Below are positions 10,322-22,270 of a DNA stretch of 64,000 nucleotides, piece after piece (positions within the stretch are counted from its first letter, which is position 1; each line of letters begins with the position of its first letter). The position numbers were made by a program, and so were the translations under genes. A model generated the notes under the pieces. The model did not search any database and was not told the DNA's origin. It saw nothing but the letters and a program-made list of their open reading frames with translations. The DNA comes from an uncultured delta proteobacterium. Its GTDB lineage: Bacteria > Myxococcota > Myxococcia > Myxococcales > Anaeromyxobacteraceae. The DNA is taken from positions 64,001 to 128,000 of the forward strand of contig CAWFDF010000014.1 of assembly GCA_963814585.1 (NCBI GenBank), read 5' to 3'.

Positions 10322-11261
10322 CCAGCCCCGACTTCAGGTCGCCGGGGAGCGGCGCCTCGAATCGCAGCGGCCTCCCGGTGCGCGGGTGGTCGAAGGCGAT
10401 CCGCCAGGCATGGAGGGCCTGCCGGCCGACGGCCGCGGCCGCCAGCCGGACGGGAGCGTCCGGGTCCAGCCTGGCCTCCCGCCGCCGCCCTCCGTAGGCC
10501 GCATCGGCCAGCAGGGGGTGGCCGGCCTCGGCGAGGTGGACGCGGATCTGGTGCGTCCGGCCGGTCTCCAGCGCCACCTCCAGGAGCGCCGCCGTCTCGC
10601 CGAACCGCTCCCGGACCTGCCAGCCGGTGATGGCCCGCCGGCCGCTGGCGACCCGGCCGGTGTAGCGGGTCCGGTCGCGGGGGTGACGGCCGTACGGGGT
10701 GTCGAGCCGGCCGGTGTCGGCCGGAGCGCCGTGGACCAGGGCGAGGTAGGTCTTCTCGACGGCGCGCGCCTTGAAGGCGGCCTGCAGCGCCACCAGCGAC
10801 GTCTCCCGCTTCGCCACCAGGAGGCACCCGGAGGTGTCCTTGTCGAGCCGGTGGACCAGCCCGAGCCGCCCGCCCCCCGGAGCTCCCTCACCGAGCCGGT
10901 GCAGCAGGGCGTTGACCACCGTGCCCGCCGGCGAGCCACGCGCCGGGTGGACCACCATGCCGGCCGCCTTGTCGAGGACCAGCAGGTCGTCGTCCTCGAA
11001 GAGCACGGCGAGCGGGAGGTCCTGCGCCACCAGACCGGACCGCTCGGGCGGGGGCAGCGACATCGCCACGGCCTCGCCACCGCGAACGCGGGCCGAGGAC
11101 CTCGCCTCCCGCCCTGCCAGGACCACCTGGCCGCCGGAGATGAGCCGCTGGGCCCGGGCCCGGGTGAGCTCGGGCCAGAGCCGGACCAGCGCGAGGTCGA
11201 GCCGGATCCCGTCCCACGCCGCGGGGATCACGCGCTCGCGCCGCTCGGGCACGGAGGGCAC
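10236..11261 (-). CDS. rluD: RluA/RluD 23S rRNA pseudouridine synthase
   Basis: S4 domain RLD..L, KAAGMVVHP, HRLDKDTSG, TGRTHQIRVH, RQALHA. Confidence 0.9.
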   Translation of the reverse strand: MPSVPERRERVIPAAWDGIRLDLALVRLWPELTRARAQRLISGGQVVLAGREARSSARVRGGEAVAMSLPPPERSGLVAQDLPLAVLFEDDDLLVLDKAAGMVVHPARGSPAGTVVNALLHRLGEGAPGGGRLGLVHRLDKDTSGCLLVAKRETSLVALQAAFKARAVEKTYLALVHGAPADTGRLDTPYGRHPRDRTRYTGRVASGRRAITGWQVRERFGETAALLEVALETGRTHQIRVHLAEAGHPLLADAAYGGRRREARLDPDAPVRLAAAAVGRQALHAWRIAFDHPRTGRPLRFEAPLPGDLKSGLVILRKAARRTAARTAPSGTGRGSAGAGP

Positions 11262-11265
11262 CCCG

Positions 11266-11532
11266 TCACCAGATCTTCGACCGGATGCGCCCCTTGGGCT
11301 TCAGGATCACGTCGACGACGGCGCGGTCGAAGAAGTTGGTGCGGGCGAGGACGTCGGCGGCGACGCGTGACTTGAACAGGTCGCGCCCCTCGGCCAGCTC
11401 GTCCTTGAGGACGTCGAAGAAGTTGTCCTGCTGGATCCCGCGGACGATCTTCTCCTCGTTGTAGAGGGAGATGTCCGAGCAGATGGCCCGGGCCAGCCGC
11501 ATCGCCTGCTCCGGAGCCTCGATGAGCGCCAT
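11266..11532 (-). CDS. Small conserved hypothetical protein
   Basis: 88 aa with host-like codon use; motif ARAICSDISLYNEEKI; promoter directly upstream. Confidence 0.8.
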   Translation of the reverse strand: MALIEAPEQAMRLARAICSDISLYNEEKIVRGIQQDNFFDVLKDELAEGRDLFKSRVAADVLARTNFFDRAVVDVILKPKGRIRSKIW

Positions 11533-11539
11533 GTGGGGG

Positions 11540-11568
11540 ATGGTACGAGAGCTCGCCGGCCCGGTCAA
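11540..11568 (-). promoter_or_regulatory. Sigma-70 promoter (leaderless)
   Basis: TTGACC-N17-TACCAT, then 7 nt to the ATG. Confidence 0.65.
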
Positions 11569-11585
11569 CGAACTCACCCGGATGG

Positions 11586-12476
11586 TCAGCTCGGGCGTCG
11601 AGGCTCGACCTCGGCCCGCGAGCCGGTCCGTTCCATGTAGGAGCGAGCCACCTTCTGGCCGTCGAGGCGCAGCTCGCGGGCCAGGCTCATGATGATGCCG
11701 CGCAGGTAGACGGCCGCCGGCAGGGCGTCGAGCTTCTCCCGCTCGATGTTCTCCAGGTGGTGGCGGGTGACCCGGGTGCGCTCGGCCAGCTGCTGCACGG
11801 TGAGCCCGCGCGACTCGCGAACCCGCCGCAGCATCTCTCCGGTCCAGGCGCCGCCCTCCGGCATCACCGGCTCGCTCGGGGCGGCCACCTCTCGCTCGAG
11901 GAGGATGGGGGCGACCGGCCTGACCAGGGCGATCGGGGGGGCCGGGGCGGCGGGCGGGCCGGATGGGATCGAGGCGGGCGGGGACGGCGGGGGTGCCTCG
12001 GGGCTGACACCCAGGGGCGCCGACCGCGGCGACGGCTGCGGCGCCGAGGGGGCCGGGGCGATCCCGGGCGGCGGTGCGAACGCCGCCGGGAGGCCGGGCG
12101 AGACGTGGCGGAGGTCCGGCGTGGCCGGCTCCGGCCCGGGAGGTGGCCAGGGCGCGGGCGTCCCCTGGGGGAGCGGGATCGCCTCCGACGGCGACCGGCG
12201 GGCGGGCTCCGGCTGGAGCGGCGGAATCGCGGGACGAACGCCAATCCTCTCGTCGTAGCGGGCGCGGGCACCCGGGTCGAGCAGGACGGCCCTGGCCTCC
12301 TCGATCCGGCTGGAGAGCAGCGCCGTCTCCTCCGGGGCCGCGAGCGTGTAGGTGGCCAGGGACCCCGGGCCGTAGGCCGCCGAGGCCCGGAGGCAGGCCC
12401 GCTCGATCTCCTCGGGCGGGGCGTCCACCGAGACCTCGATGATCTCGTAGAGGGTCTGGTCCGAGAGCCGCTTCAC
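11586..12476 (-). CDS. J-like domain, Pro-rich linker and RodZ-type XRE HTH protein
   Basis: 'LYEIIEVSVDAPPEEIERA...VLLDPGARARYD'; C-terminal 'LRRVRESRGLTVQQLAERTRV..LENIE..LPAAVYLRG'; GTGA overlap. Confidence 0.82.
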   Translation of the reverse strand: MKRLSDQTLYEIIEVSVDAPPEEIERACLRASAAYGPGSLATYTLAAPEETALLSSRIEEARAVLLDPGARARYDERIGVRPAIPPLQPEPARRSPSEAIPLPQGTPAPWPPPGPEPATPDLRHVSPGLPAAFAPPPGIAPAPSAPQPSPRSAPLGVSPEAPPPSPPASIPSGPPAAPAPPIALVRPVAPILLEREVAAPSEPVMPEGGAWTGEMLRRVRESRGLTVQQLAERTRVTRHHLENIEREKLDALPAAVYLRGIIMSLARELRLDGQKVARSYMERTGSRAEVEPRRPS

Positions 12477-13495
12477 GCCCGATCCGCCGCCTGCCCGCTG
12501 GCGTCCGCCGCCAGCAGCCGATCCGCGATCCGCTCGAAGGACTGGCTGGCCGCCACCTCCGGCCGATCGACCAGCAGGGGCCGCCGGTGCCTGACCGCGC
12601 GCCACATGTCGTCGTCGTAGTCGATGGCCCCGAGGTAGTCCATCTCCAGCCCGAAGTACTTGCGCCAGGCGGCGACCACGGCGTGGCCCATCTCGGCGTC
12701 CTGCCGGGAACGGACCTGGTTGACCACCAGCCGTGGACGGAAGGCGGCCAGCTGGCTGGCCAGGTTGGCGCCCGCCTCCGGATCCCGCTCCACCACCGAG
12801 GCCACCAGCTCGACCGGGCTGCGGAAGGTGGCGCCGTCCATGACGCCCCGCAGGAGCTCCTCGTAGCCGAAGACCTGCGCCACGTTCCTCAGCCTCCGCC
12901 AGAAGGCGGCCTTGACGAAGCGGTAGGCGTTCTCCACCGCGGTCGGCTCGGGGACCAGCACCAGGATGCCGTGATCCGAGACCAGGAAGAGATCGAGGAC
13001 GTTGGTGTGCGTGCCGGCGCCGAGGTCGAGGATGGCGTAGTCGACGTCGAGCGCCTGCACGTGGCGCAGCAAGCGCATCTTCTGGGCGTGCCTGGGGGTG
13101 GCGGCCTCGAGGCTGTCGAGCGCGCCGGAGACCAGTCCGAGGTTCTCGATCCCGGTCGGCGAGACCACCTCCTCCAGCCGCTCGACCTTGCGGTCGATGA
13201 AGTCGGAGAGGGTGCGCTGCGGCAGGTCGAGGCCGAGCGTGGTGTGGAGGTTGGCGCCGCCCAGGTCGGCGTCCACCAGGACCACCCGCCGGCCGCGGCG
13301 GGCCAGCGCGATGGCCAGGTTGGCGGAGATGAGGCTCTTGCCGATGCCCCCCTTGCCGCCGCCGACCGAGAGGATGCGCCGGGCGCGCGGGCCGGCGCGC
13401 CTCCCCTTGGCCGGCCCGCGTGGGGACGGAGCCGGGAGGGACTCCGCCGGCAGCTCGGCGGGCATGACCAGCTTGAGGATTGGCCCTTCACCCAT
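12473..13495 (-). CDS. MinD/FlhG (ParA-family) P-loop ATPase
   Basis: GGKGGIGKS deviant Walker A, DADLGGANL, DLGAG, PEPTAVENAY. Confidence 0.88.
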   Translation of the reverse strand: MGEGPILKLVMPAELPAESLPAPSPRGPAKGRRAGPRARRILSVGGGKGGIGKSLISANLAIALARRGRRVVLVDADLGGANLHTTLGLDLPQRTLSDFIDRKVERLEEVVSPTGIENLGLVSGALDSLEAATPRHAQKMRLLRHVQALDVDYAILDLGAGTHTNVLDLFLVSDHGILVLVPEPTAVENAYRFVKAAFWRRLRNVAQVFGYEELLRGVMDGATFRSPVELVASVVERDPEAGANLASQLAAFRPRLVVNQVRSRQDAEMGHAVVAAWRKYFGLEMDYLGAIDYDDDMWRAVRHRRPLLVDRPEVAASQSFERIADRLLAADASGQAADRA

Positions 13496-13503
13496 GACGC
13501 AGG

Positions 13504-13532
13504 AGTCTACGCCCAAGCCACGGGGGGTCCAA
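13504..13532 (-). promoter_or_regulatory. Sigma-70 promoter (leaderless)
   Basis: TTGGAC-N17-TAGACT, then 8 nt to ATG 13495. Confidence 0.55.
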
Positions 13533-13573
13533 GATCCTGCCCCCCGCCCGCCCCGCGGGCGTCGCACCACCCC

Positions 13574-15808
13574 CTACCTCTGGACGCCCACCAGCGGGAG
13601 CACGGCGGCGGGCTCCTCCCACCCCGAGAGGAGCCGGTAGGAGGCGTCGGAGCGGAGGACCCGCTTCACGTACCCACGCGTCTCCTCGTACGGGATCTCC
13701 TCGATCCACTCGTCGAGCGCGGCATCGCGCCCGCCGGCGCGCCAGCGTCCCACCGACCCCTCTCCGGCGTTGTAGGCCGCCAGGGCCTGCGCCGGGGCTC
13801 CCCCGTACTGCCTGAGGAGCTGGCCGAGGTAGGCCGCGCCGATCCGGATCGAGGTCTCGGGATTGGTGAGGGCGGCCCGGTCGGGCGTGGCCAGGCCGAG
13901 ACGGCGCGCCACCTGCTGCGCCGTGGGCAGCATGAGCTGGGTCAGGCCGACGGCCCCCGCCGTCGAGACCGCCCCGGGGTCGAGGGCGCTCTCCTCGCGA
14001 ATCAGCGCCTGCAGCAGGGCCGGCGGGACCCCCGACGCCGCGGCATATTGGTTCACGTGACGCGCATAGGCCGGAGGATAGGCCAGCGCCCAGATGGCCC
14101 GTCCTGGACCCTCGGGTGAGCGGCGCAGCGCCGCCCTCGCCTCCACCCGCAGCAGCTGGTGGGCCTGGCGGTAGTCGCCGGCCCGCGACAGCAGCACGGC
14201 CAGCAGCAGCACCTGCGGCGAGGGCTCGCCTCGACCGAGCCCGAGCCGGTTCCGGTCGATGGCCAGCAGCTCCTCCCCGGCGTCGCGGTCCAGGCCGAGC
14301 CGGAGGAGCAGCAGGGCGGCACGGAAGTGCGGGTCGTCGCGGAGCGGTCCCGGATCGAGCGGCCACGGCGCCTCGGGCGCGGCCGGAAGCGGGCCTGGGA
14401 AGGCCAGGCCCCGCTTCCCCTCCAGCCGGGCTCGCGAGAGGAGCGCGTAGTAGTCGGCCGGCGCCGCCGCGGTGAGCCCTCGCCAGATGGACTCGGCGGC
14501 GGCTCGCCCCTCGGCGCCTCCGGTGGCGAGGAGCACGGCGCGCCAGTAGGCGGCCCGGGCGTGCTCGTAGGGATCGACCTCGCGCCGGCTCTCCTCGATG
14601 GCCAGCAGGGCCGAGATGGCCGCGGCGGTGTCGCCGTCACGGCGCGCCTGCCAGGCGAGCCGGAACCGGGCCTCGTCGACCTTGTCGCCGTCGGGGTGGC
14701 CCCGGACGACCTGCTGGAGCGCCTGCCTCGACTCCGCGTGGCGACCGGCCCCGGCCATCGAGTCGGCGGCGGCCACCAGCGCGTCGTCGGCCAGCGGGCT
14801 GGCCGGGTACTCCCTCGCGAAGCGCAGGTGGAGGGCGATGGCCTCGTCGCGCGAGCCCTGGGCCGCGACCGCGGTGGCGAGGACGTAGAGGGCCCGGGTC
14901 CGGATCGATGGCTCGGCGCATCGCCCGGCGACCGGCCGCAGCACCTCGGCCGAGCGGGCGTTCTGGCGATCCCGCCTCAGCGCCCGCCCGAGCGCCGCGT
15001 GGGCCCGGCAGGCCAGCGGCTGGTCGGGGGCCGGCGCCGGTCCGGCCCGGGCGATCGGATCCAGCAGGGCGATGACCTCGCCGTTCCGGCTCCGCTCCAC
15101 CAGCCCCTCGGCGCGGCGCACGGTCACGTCGAGGCCCGGATCGGCGCCGGCCTCCCCCGGGAGCCTCCTGACCTCCGCGATGCAGGCGGACGCCTCGGGC
15201 GCGATGGGGTGGTCGGCCCAGCAGCGCAGCAGCGCGGCGCGGGCGCCATCCGCATCCGGAGGCGCCGACGCGGCACGCAGCTGGCCGGCGAGCAGCAGCG
15301 CGGCGGCGGTCGGATCGGGGCGAGCCGGGTCGGCGGGCGGCGGCCGATCGAGCAGCGGCCCGAGCGCCGCGAGCGCCTCGGGGACCCGTCCCGCGGCGGC
15401 CAGGGCGCGGGCGCGGCCGACCCGGGCGTCGGCGTGCACCACCGAGGTGGGCGGGACGGCGCCGAAGGCGGCCGCCGCCTCGCCATGCCGGCCGAGCGCG
15501 GCGAGGCAGCGCCCCCGGGCGGCGTCGATCCGACCAGCGATCTCGGGGAGCCTCGCCGAGAGTCCGTCCAGGCTCCGGAGCGCGTCGGCGAAAGCTCCGG
15601 TCGCCTCCTCGGCGAGGGCCCGGAGCCACCTCGCCTCCGGCCGGGTGGCGCCTTCGAGCGCCGAGAGCCCCTCGGCCCCCCGCCCCTTCGAGAGCAGCCG
15701 GCCGGACTCGGCGGCGGCCCCCTGCAGCAGCGGCTCGAGATCCCGCTCGACGAGCAGGCCGGGCGAGGCAGCCAGCGCGAGCGGGAGGATGAGCGTGCCG
15801 AGGGACAT
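13574..15808 (-). CDS. slt: Soluble lytic murein transglycosylase with TPR superhelix
   Basis: IREES, GAVGLTQLM, AAYNAG, ETRGYV motifs. Confidence 0.9.
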   Translation of the reverse strand: MSLGTLILPLALAASPGLLVERDLEPLLQGAAAESGRLLSKGRGAEGLSALEGATRPEARWLRALAEEATGAFADALRSLDGLSARLPEIAGRIDAARGRCLAALGRHGEAAAAFGAVPPTSVVHADARVGRARALAAAGRVPEALAALGPLLDRPPPADPARPDPTAAALLLAGQLRAASAPPDADGARAALLRCWADHPIAPEASACIAEVRRLPGEAGADPGLDVTVRRAEGLVERSRNGEVIALLDPIARAGPAPAPDQPLACRAHAALGRALRRDRQNARSAEVLRPVAGRCAEPSIRTRALYVLATAVAAQGSRDEAIALHLRFAREYPASPLADDALVAAADSMAGAGRHAESRQALQQVVRGHPDGDKVDEARFRLAWQARRDGDTAAAISALLAIEESRREVDPYEHARAAYWRAVLLATGGAEGRAAAESIWRGLTAAAPADYYALLSRARLEGKRGLAFPGPLPAAPEAPWPLDPGPLRDDPHFRAALLLLRLGLDRDAGEELLAIDRNRLGLGRGEPSPQVLLLAVLLSRAGDYRQAHQLLRVEARAALRRSPEGPGRAIWALAYPPAYARHVNQYAAASGVPPALLQALIREESALDPGAVSTAGAVGLTQLMLPTAQQVARRLGLATPDRAALTNPETSIRIGAAYLGQLLRQYGGAPAQALAAYNAGEGSVGRWRAGGRDAALDEWIEEIPYEETRGYVKRVLRSDASYRLLSGWEEPAAVLPLVGVQR

Positions 15809-15891
15809 GGGGCCAGGTGATCGTGCGACGGGTCGCCGGGCGGGTCAAGGTGGCGAGTGGCAGATGCCGGGAGGGAGTAAACTGCCGGCGC

Positions 15892-18132
15892 GTGGACATC
15901 CGGACCCAGGCCGCCCTGCTCGCCGCCATCGTGACGCTGGCGCTCGCCGTGGCGGCGCTGCTTCGCGACAACCGGTCGCGGGTCTTCACGCTCTTCGCCA
16001 TCCTCGCCATCGATCTCTCGCTCTACTCGCTGGCCGTCTGCTTCCTTCGCTGGCCCGAGTTCGGCTTCGCCGAGACCTGGTGGAACCGGCTCGCGGTCGC
16101 CTCCGGCGCGCTCATCCCCTCGGCGGCGCTCGCCTTCTACCTGGAGTTCCTCGGCGTCGGCCGCCGCCCGGCCCGGCGTGCCCGCAACGCCATGCTGGCC
16201 GGCTCGGTCGGCGGCCTGGTGGTGGCGGCCTCGCCGCTGGTCCACGCCAGGCTGGCCCTCTATGCCGTGGCCGCCTACGTGGTCTTCGGGCTGGCGGTGG
16301 TGGCCTCGGTGCTGCTCAACAGGCTCCGCTCCGCCGCCACGCGAGTCGAGCGGGCCCGGCTGAGCTACCTCTTCATCGGCGCCATGGTGGCGATGGTCTC
16401 CTCCAGCGCCGAGATGCTGCTGGCGCCCAGCGTCCACAACCCGGTGGACGGGCTCGGCTCCATCAGCCTCACCATCTACATGTTCTTCCTGTCGCAGACG
16501 CTGCAGCGCCACCGGCTCCTCGACCTCCACGAGTTCCTCGGGAAGATCGTGGTGGTCACCGCGCTCGGTCTGGTGCTGGTGCTGGTCTACGGCGGCCTGG
16601 TCTCCTGGGTGGGAGACCGGCGCGAGCTCTTCTACTTCAACACCGTGGTCGCCTCGTTCGTGATCCTCTCCCTCTTCGAGCCGCTGCGCCACCGGGTCGA
16701 GGAGTGGGTCGTGACCACGCTCTTCCACGAGCGGTACGAGCTGGTCCGGAGGCTGGAGCGGATCCGGGACAGGGCCGCCACCGTCATCGATCCGGCCGAG
16801 CTCGCGGTGACGGTGCTCGACGGCCTGGTCGAGACCCGGCGCGTCACCCACGCCTCCCTGTGGCTCCTCTCCGAGGACCGGCCCGGCTTCCGCCCGCTCG
16901 ACTCGCGCGGCCCGCCTCCGGTCCCCTTCCTCGAGCCGGCAGCGGCCCGGGCGCTCATGGCGGCGGTCGCGGCCGGGCAGCGGGCGGTGCTGCTGGAGAA
17001 CCTCGACCGGCGCATGGCCGAGCTGCAGCGCCTGCTCCCGGCCGGCCCGGCCGAGGCCGTGGCCCGCTCGGGCCGGCTGGCGCTGGCCGCCGTGGAGGCC
17101 GAGCTGAAGCGGCTCGGAGACGCGCGCGCCGTGATGGTCTCGATGAAGGCCGGCATCTGCATGCCGCTGGCCGCCGGCGACCGCCCGGTCGGGTTCTTCG
17201 CCTGCGGTGACGAGCGGGTCCCGGAAGCCTTCGCCTCGGACGAGATCGCGGCGCTGCTCGAGGTGGCCGATCGCTGCGCGCTGGTGATCGAGAACTCCAA
17301 GCTCTACCAGGAGATGAAGGAGCGCGACCGGCTCGCCGCCATCGGCGAGATGTCGGCCGGCCTCGCCCACGAGATCCGCAACCCGCTGGCCGCCATCAAG
17401 GGGGCCATCCAGTACCTCGACCCGTCCAGGCTGCCCGGCGAGGACCGCGAGTTCCTCGAGATCGTGGTGGACGAGGTGAACCGCCTCAACGGGGTGGTGA
17501 GCCAGTTCCTCGACTACTCGCGCCCGCTGAAGTCCGCGCTGTCCCCCACCGACATCAACGAGGTGGTCTCGCGCACCCTGAAGCTCCTCCAGAGCGCGGT
17601 GCCGCCCGGCATCGAGCTGGTGGCCGACCTGACCAGCGAGCTGCCGCTGGTCCTCTGCGACGCCGAGCAGCTGAGGCAGGTCTTCATCAACCTCGCCCAG
17701 AACGGGTTCCAGGCCATGCCCGACGGCGGCCGGCTCACCGTGACCACCACCGTGGTCCGCGACGAGCTGGCCTTCTGGCGCGAGGGAGCGCGCCGCCCCG
17801 ACCAGGTGGAGATCCGGTTCCGCGACTCCGGGCCGGGCATCCCGGAGGACGTGCGCGAGCGGATCTTCGTCCCCTTCTACACGACCAAGGAGAAGGGGAC
17901 CGGCCTGGGGCTGGCCATCTGCCTGCGGCTGGTGAGGGCCCACCACGGGACGCTGGTGATCAGGTCCCCGACCGGCGGCGGCGCCGAGTTCATCGTGTCC
18001 CTCCCGGCCTACCGTGACGAGCGGCCCGAGCACCAGCACGCCGCCAGCCCGGACGACCAGCAGGCCCGGCAGCGCCGCCGGGAGCGGGCCGAGACCCGGC
18101 TCCGCAAGCGCAAGCGCCGCCGGAGGTCCTAG
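15892..18132 (+). CDS. Membrane sensor histidine kinase (multi-TM, GAF, HisKA, HATPase)
   Basis: [38 protein letters not shown] start. Confidence 0.92.
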   Translation: MDIRTQAALLAAIVTLALAVAALLRDNRSRVFTLFAILAIDLSLYSLAVCFLRWPEFGFAETWWNRLAVASGALIPSAALAFYLEFLGVGRRPARRARNAMLAGSVGGLVVAASPLVHARLALYAVAAYVVFGLAVVASVLLNRLRSAATRVERARLSYLFIGAMVAMVSSSAEMLLAPSVHNPVDGLGSISLTIYMFFLSQTLQRHRLLDLHEFLGKIVVVTALGLVLVLVYGGLVSWVGDRRELFYFNTVVASFVILSLFEPLRHRVEEWVVTTLFHERYELVRRLERIRDRAATVIDPAELAVTVLDGLVETRRVTHASLWLLSEDRPGFRPLDSRGPPPVPFLEPAAARALMAAVAAGQRAVLLENLDRRMAELQRLLPAGPAEAVARSGRLALAAVEAELKRLGDARAVMVSMKAGICMPLAAGDRPVGFFACGDERVPEAFASDEIAALLEVADRCALVIENSKLYQEMKERDRLAAIGEMSAGLAHEIRNPLAAIKGAIQYLDPSRLPGEDREFLEIVVDEVNRLNGVVSQFLDYSRPLKSALSPTDINEVVSRTLKLLQSAVPPGIELVADLTSELPLVLCDAEQLRQVFINLAQNGFQAMPDGGRLTVTTTVVRDELAFWREGARRPDQVEIRFRDSGPGIPEDVRERIFVPFYTTKEKGTGLGLAICLRLVRAHHGTLVIRSPTGGGAEFIVSLPAYRDERPEHQHAASPDDQQARQRRRERAETRLRKRKRRRRS

Positions 18133-18183
18133 TGCCGCGCCGCGGCCTGCCTTCGAGCGGCGATCCGTGCTACCACCTTCGGC

Positions 18184-19601
<1,418 letters not shown>

Positions 19602-19635
19602 CTCGGCCAGGCGCGCCGCCCCGGCCGCCTTCGCC

Positions 19636-19665
19636 TTGACCCGGCTCGGGCGCCGCTGCTAGCGT
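19636..19665 (+). promoter_or_regulatory. Sigma-70 promoter with extended -10
   Basis: TTGACC-N18-TAGCGT with TG upstream of -10; GGAGG RBS before ATG 19691. Confidence 0.5.
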
Positions 19666-19690
19666 CGATTCACGCCACCGGAGGAGCTTC

Positions 19691-21015
19691 ATGGGCCGGC
19701 TTTCCGCCGTCATCGCCGCAGCTTCCCTGCTCGCCCTGGGCGCCCCCACCCGGGCCGCCGAGATCACCCATGTCGCCACCGCGGCCGAGCCCGACAGCGC
19801 CTTCAACCTCGACCTCTCCCTGCGGTGGGAGCGGACCCAGAAGAAGGCCACCATCACCCGGGAGCAGGCCACCGCCCCGACCGCCGCCGAGCCCTTCGGG
19901 CGCGTCGACGACGTGCCCGAGCTGGCCTACGGCGAGATCACCAACGTGGTCGTCCCGCGCCTGGCGGCCGGCCTCTACCAGGACCTCGAGCTCCACCTCG
20001 AGTTCCCGTACTTCCTCGGGAAGGACGTCTCCTGGAAGTACGCCAGCGGCATCGCCGTGGCCGCGGACAGCGCCATCTCCAGCAACACCGTCGACGCCAA
20101 CGGCGACCCCTGCCCGGTTGCCCCGTGCCCGCTCTTCTCCGCCGGCCCCAAGGACACCACCGCCTTTCACGGCGGCGTGGCCGGCGACCTGAAGGTCGGG
20201 CTGGCGTGGGGCATCTTCTCCGACGTCAAGGACGACACCAAGCCGTTCTGGCTGGTGGGCTTCGACGTCACCTTCCCCACCTCGACCCTCTACGACCCGT
20301 GGGTCGGGCGGGAGGCCCCGGCAACTACAACTCGCCCCACCTCCTGCCCTCCAAGCTCGGGCCGGTCGGCCAGAAGATCTGGAAGTTCGACTTCCAGACC
20401 GCCCTCTCCAAGCGGATGGGGCCCATCGACCCGTACTTCAAGGTGCACGTGACGCTGCCGCGCCGCTTCTCCTCCACCTACTCCAACTGCGACCACGTCA
20501 ACGATCCGGCGCCTGGCACGCCGCCGGGCACCGACGTCGCCGCCACCAACTGCGGCCTGCCCCAGTGGAAGGACGAGGCCGGCGCCAAGCTGCCGTGGAA
20601 CGGCGGCCTGACCTTCGGGATCGAGCTCATCCCGCTCGAGAACAAGGTCGAGGGGCAGCGGGTGGTCATCGACCTGCGCCTGAACGGCGAGTACACCTCG
20701 AAGGGGCGCTGGTACAACGAGCTGACCGACGCCACCGGCAAGCTGCTCTACACCGAGAGCCACATGCAGCTCGGCGGGCTGCTCTCCTTCCTGTACCGCG
20801 CCTCCAGGTACGTGGCCGTGCAGGGCCAGGCCGGCTACACCTGGGAGACCTCGCACCTGCTGACCGGCGAGCCGCTCGGCGTCGCCGATGGGACCAACAC
20901 CTCGCCCGACCAGAACCCCAACTTCGACTGGCGCTGGGACGCCCCCGGCCGCCGCTTCCGCATCACCAGCGTCGGCGTCTTCACGCTCCAGCTGGCCGGC
21001 ATCCTCAACTTCTAG
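19691..21015 (+). CDS. Putative outer-membrane beta-barrel protein (apparent frameshift near 20315)
   Basis: Signal peptide, alternating beta-strand pattern, C-terminal ILNF; halves lie in ORFs 19691..20452 and 19825..21015. Confidence 0.72.
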
Positions 21016-21874
21016 TCCCGCGCTTCAGCCGCTCCAGCGCGTCGTACACCTCGCCACGCTTCAGCCCGCGGGCCCGGGCCACCTCGCGGGCGGTCAGGCC
21101 CGGCGCCTCCCCGGCCGCCAGCCGGCGCCGAAGCTCGACGTCGAGCGGCTCCTCGTCCAGCGGCGCCGGCGTCTCGTCGGCCCCGGCCACCACCACGGTC
21201 ACCTCCCCCTTCACCTCCCCGGCGAAGCGCGTGGCCAGCTGGGAGAGCCGCCCGCGGGCCAGCTCCTCGTGGAGCTTGGTCAGCTCGCGCCCGACCACCG
21301 CCAGCCGATCGCCCAGCGCCCCGGCCAGGTCGGAGAGCGTCGCGCCGGTCCGGTTGCCGGCCTCGTAGAGCACCAGGGTCACCGGCAGGGCGCGCAGGAA
21401 GGCCAGGCGCTCCGCCCGCCCGCCTCCCTTGCGGGGCAGGAATCCGGCGAAGAAGAACTGGTCGGCGGGCAGGCCGGAGGCCATCAGCGCCGCCAGGGCG
21501 GCCGAGGGACCCGGGACGGGCACGACCCGCGCCCCGGCCTCCCAGGCAGCCGCCACCAGCGCCACGCCGGGGTCGGAGACCCCCGGGGTGCCGGCGTCGG
21601 TGCAGAGCGCCACGTCCTGGCCGGCCCGCAGCCGCGCCACGATGGGCTCCAGCCGGCCGCGCTCGTCGAAGGCCGGCAGCGAGAGGAGCGTCGGCGCGTC
21701 GGCCCCGAGGTGGGCGAAGAGCCTCGAGGTGCGCCGCGTGTCCTCGGCGGCCACCGCGCCCGCCGCCCGGAGCACCGCAGCGGCGCGGGGCGTCAGGTCG
21801 CCGAGGTTGCCGATGGGGGTGGCCAGCACGTAGAGCGTCCCCATCCCCGCTCCCGCGCCGCGCTCGCTGCTCAC
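21005..21874 (-). CDS. rsmI: 16S rRNA C1402 2'-O-methyltransferase
   Basis: ATPIGNLGD, AEDTR, DAGTPGVSDPG, RELTKLHEE; alternative ATG at 21844. Confidence 0.95.
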   Translation of the reverse strand: MSSERGAGAGMGTLYVLATPIGNLGDLTPRAAAVLRAAGAVAAEDTRRTSRLFAHLGADAPTLLSLPAFDERGRLEPIVARLRAGQDVALCTDAGTPGVSDPGVALVAAAWEAGARVVPVPGPSAALAALMASGLPADQFFFAGFLPRKGGGRAERLAFLRALPVTLVLYEAGNRTGATLSDLAGALGDRLAVVGRELTKLHEELARGRLSQLATRFAGEVKGEVTVVVAGADETPAPLDEEPLDVELRRRLAAGEAPGLTAREVARARGLKRGEVYDALERLKRGTRS

Positions 21875-22263
21875 GGGCAGGCCCGCCCCGAGGCGTCGAA
21901 GGCGCCCCGCACCAGCTCGAAGCGCGGCGCCTCGCCGTCCAGCAGGACGCCGACCACGTCGAAGCGCAGGGGCCGCTCCAGCGCCCCGTTCCGCATGGCC
22001 CAGTCGGTCGCCGCCGCCACCACCCGCCGCGCCTTGGCGGCGCCCACCGTCTCGAGTGGCGAGCCATGCGCGGCGCTGGCGCGGCTGCGCACCTCGACGA
22101 AGCAGATGACGCCACCGTCGAGGCAGATCAGGTCCACCTCGCCCCGCCTGGTGGCGTGGTTGCGCGCCAGCGTCCGGTACCCGAGCCCGGACAGGAAGCG
22201 CTCGGCCAGCGCCTCGGCCTCGCGGCCACGATCCCGGCGCGGCGCGCCCCCGGTCGAGTTCAC
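21871..22263 (-). CDS. yraN: YraN-family endonuclease (UPF0102)
   Basis: G..AE..A, GEVDLI, FVEVRSR, RFDVV. Confidence 0.9.
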   Translation of the reverse strand: MNSTGGAPRRDRGREAEALAERFLSGLGYRTLARNHATRRGEVDLICLDGGVICFVEVRSRASAAHGSPLETVGAAKARRVVAAATDWAMRNGALERPLRFDVVGVLLDGEAPRFELVRGAFDASGRACP

Positions 22264-22270
22264 CTGGACC

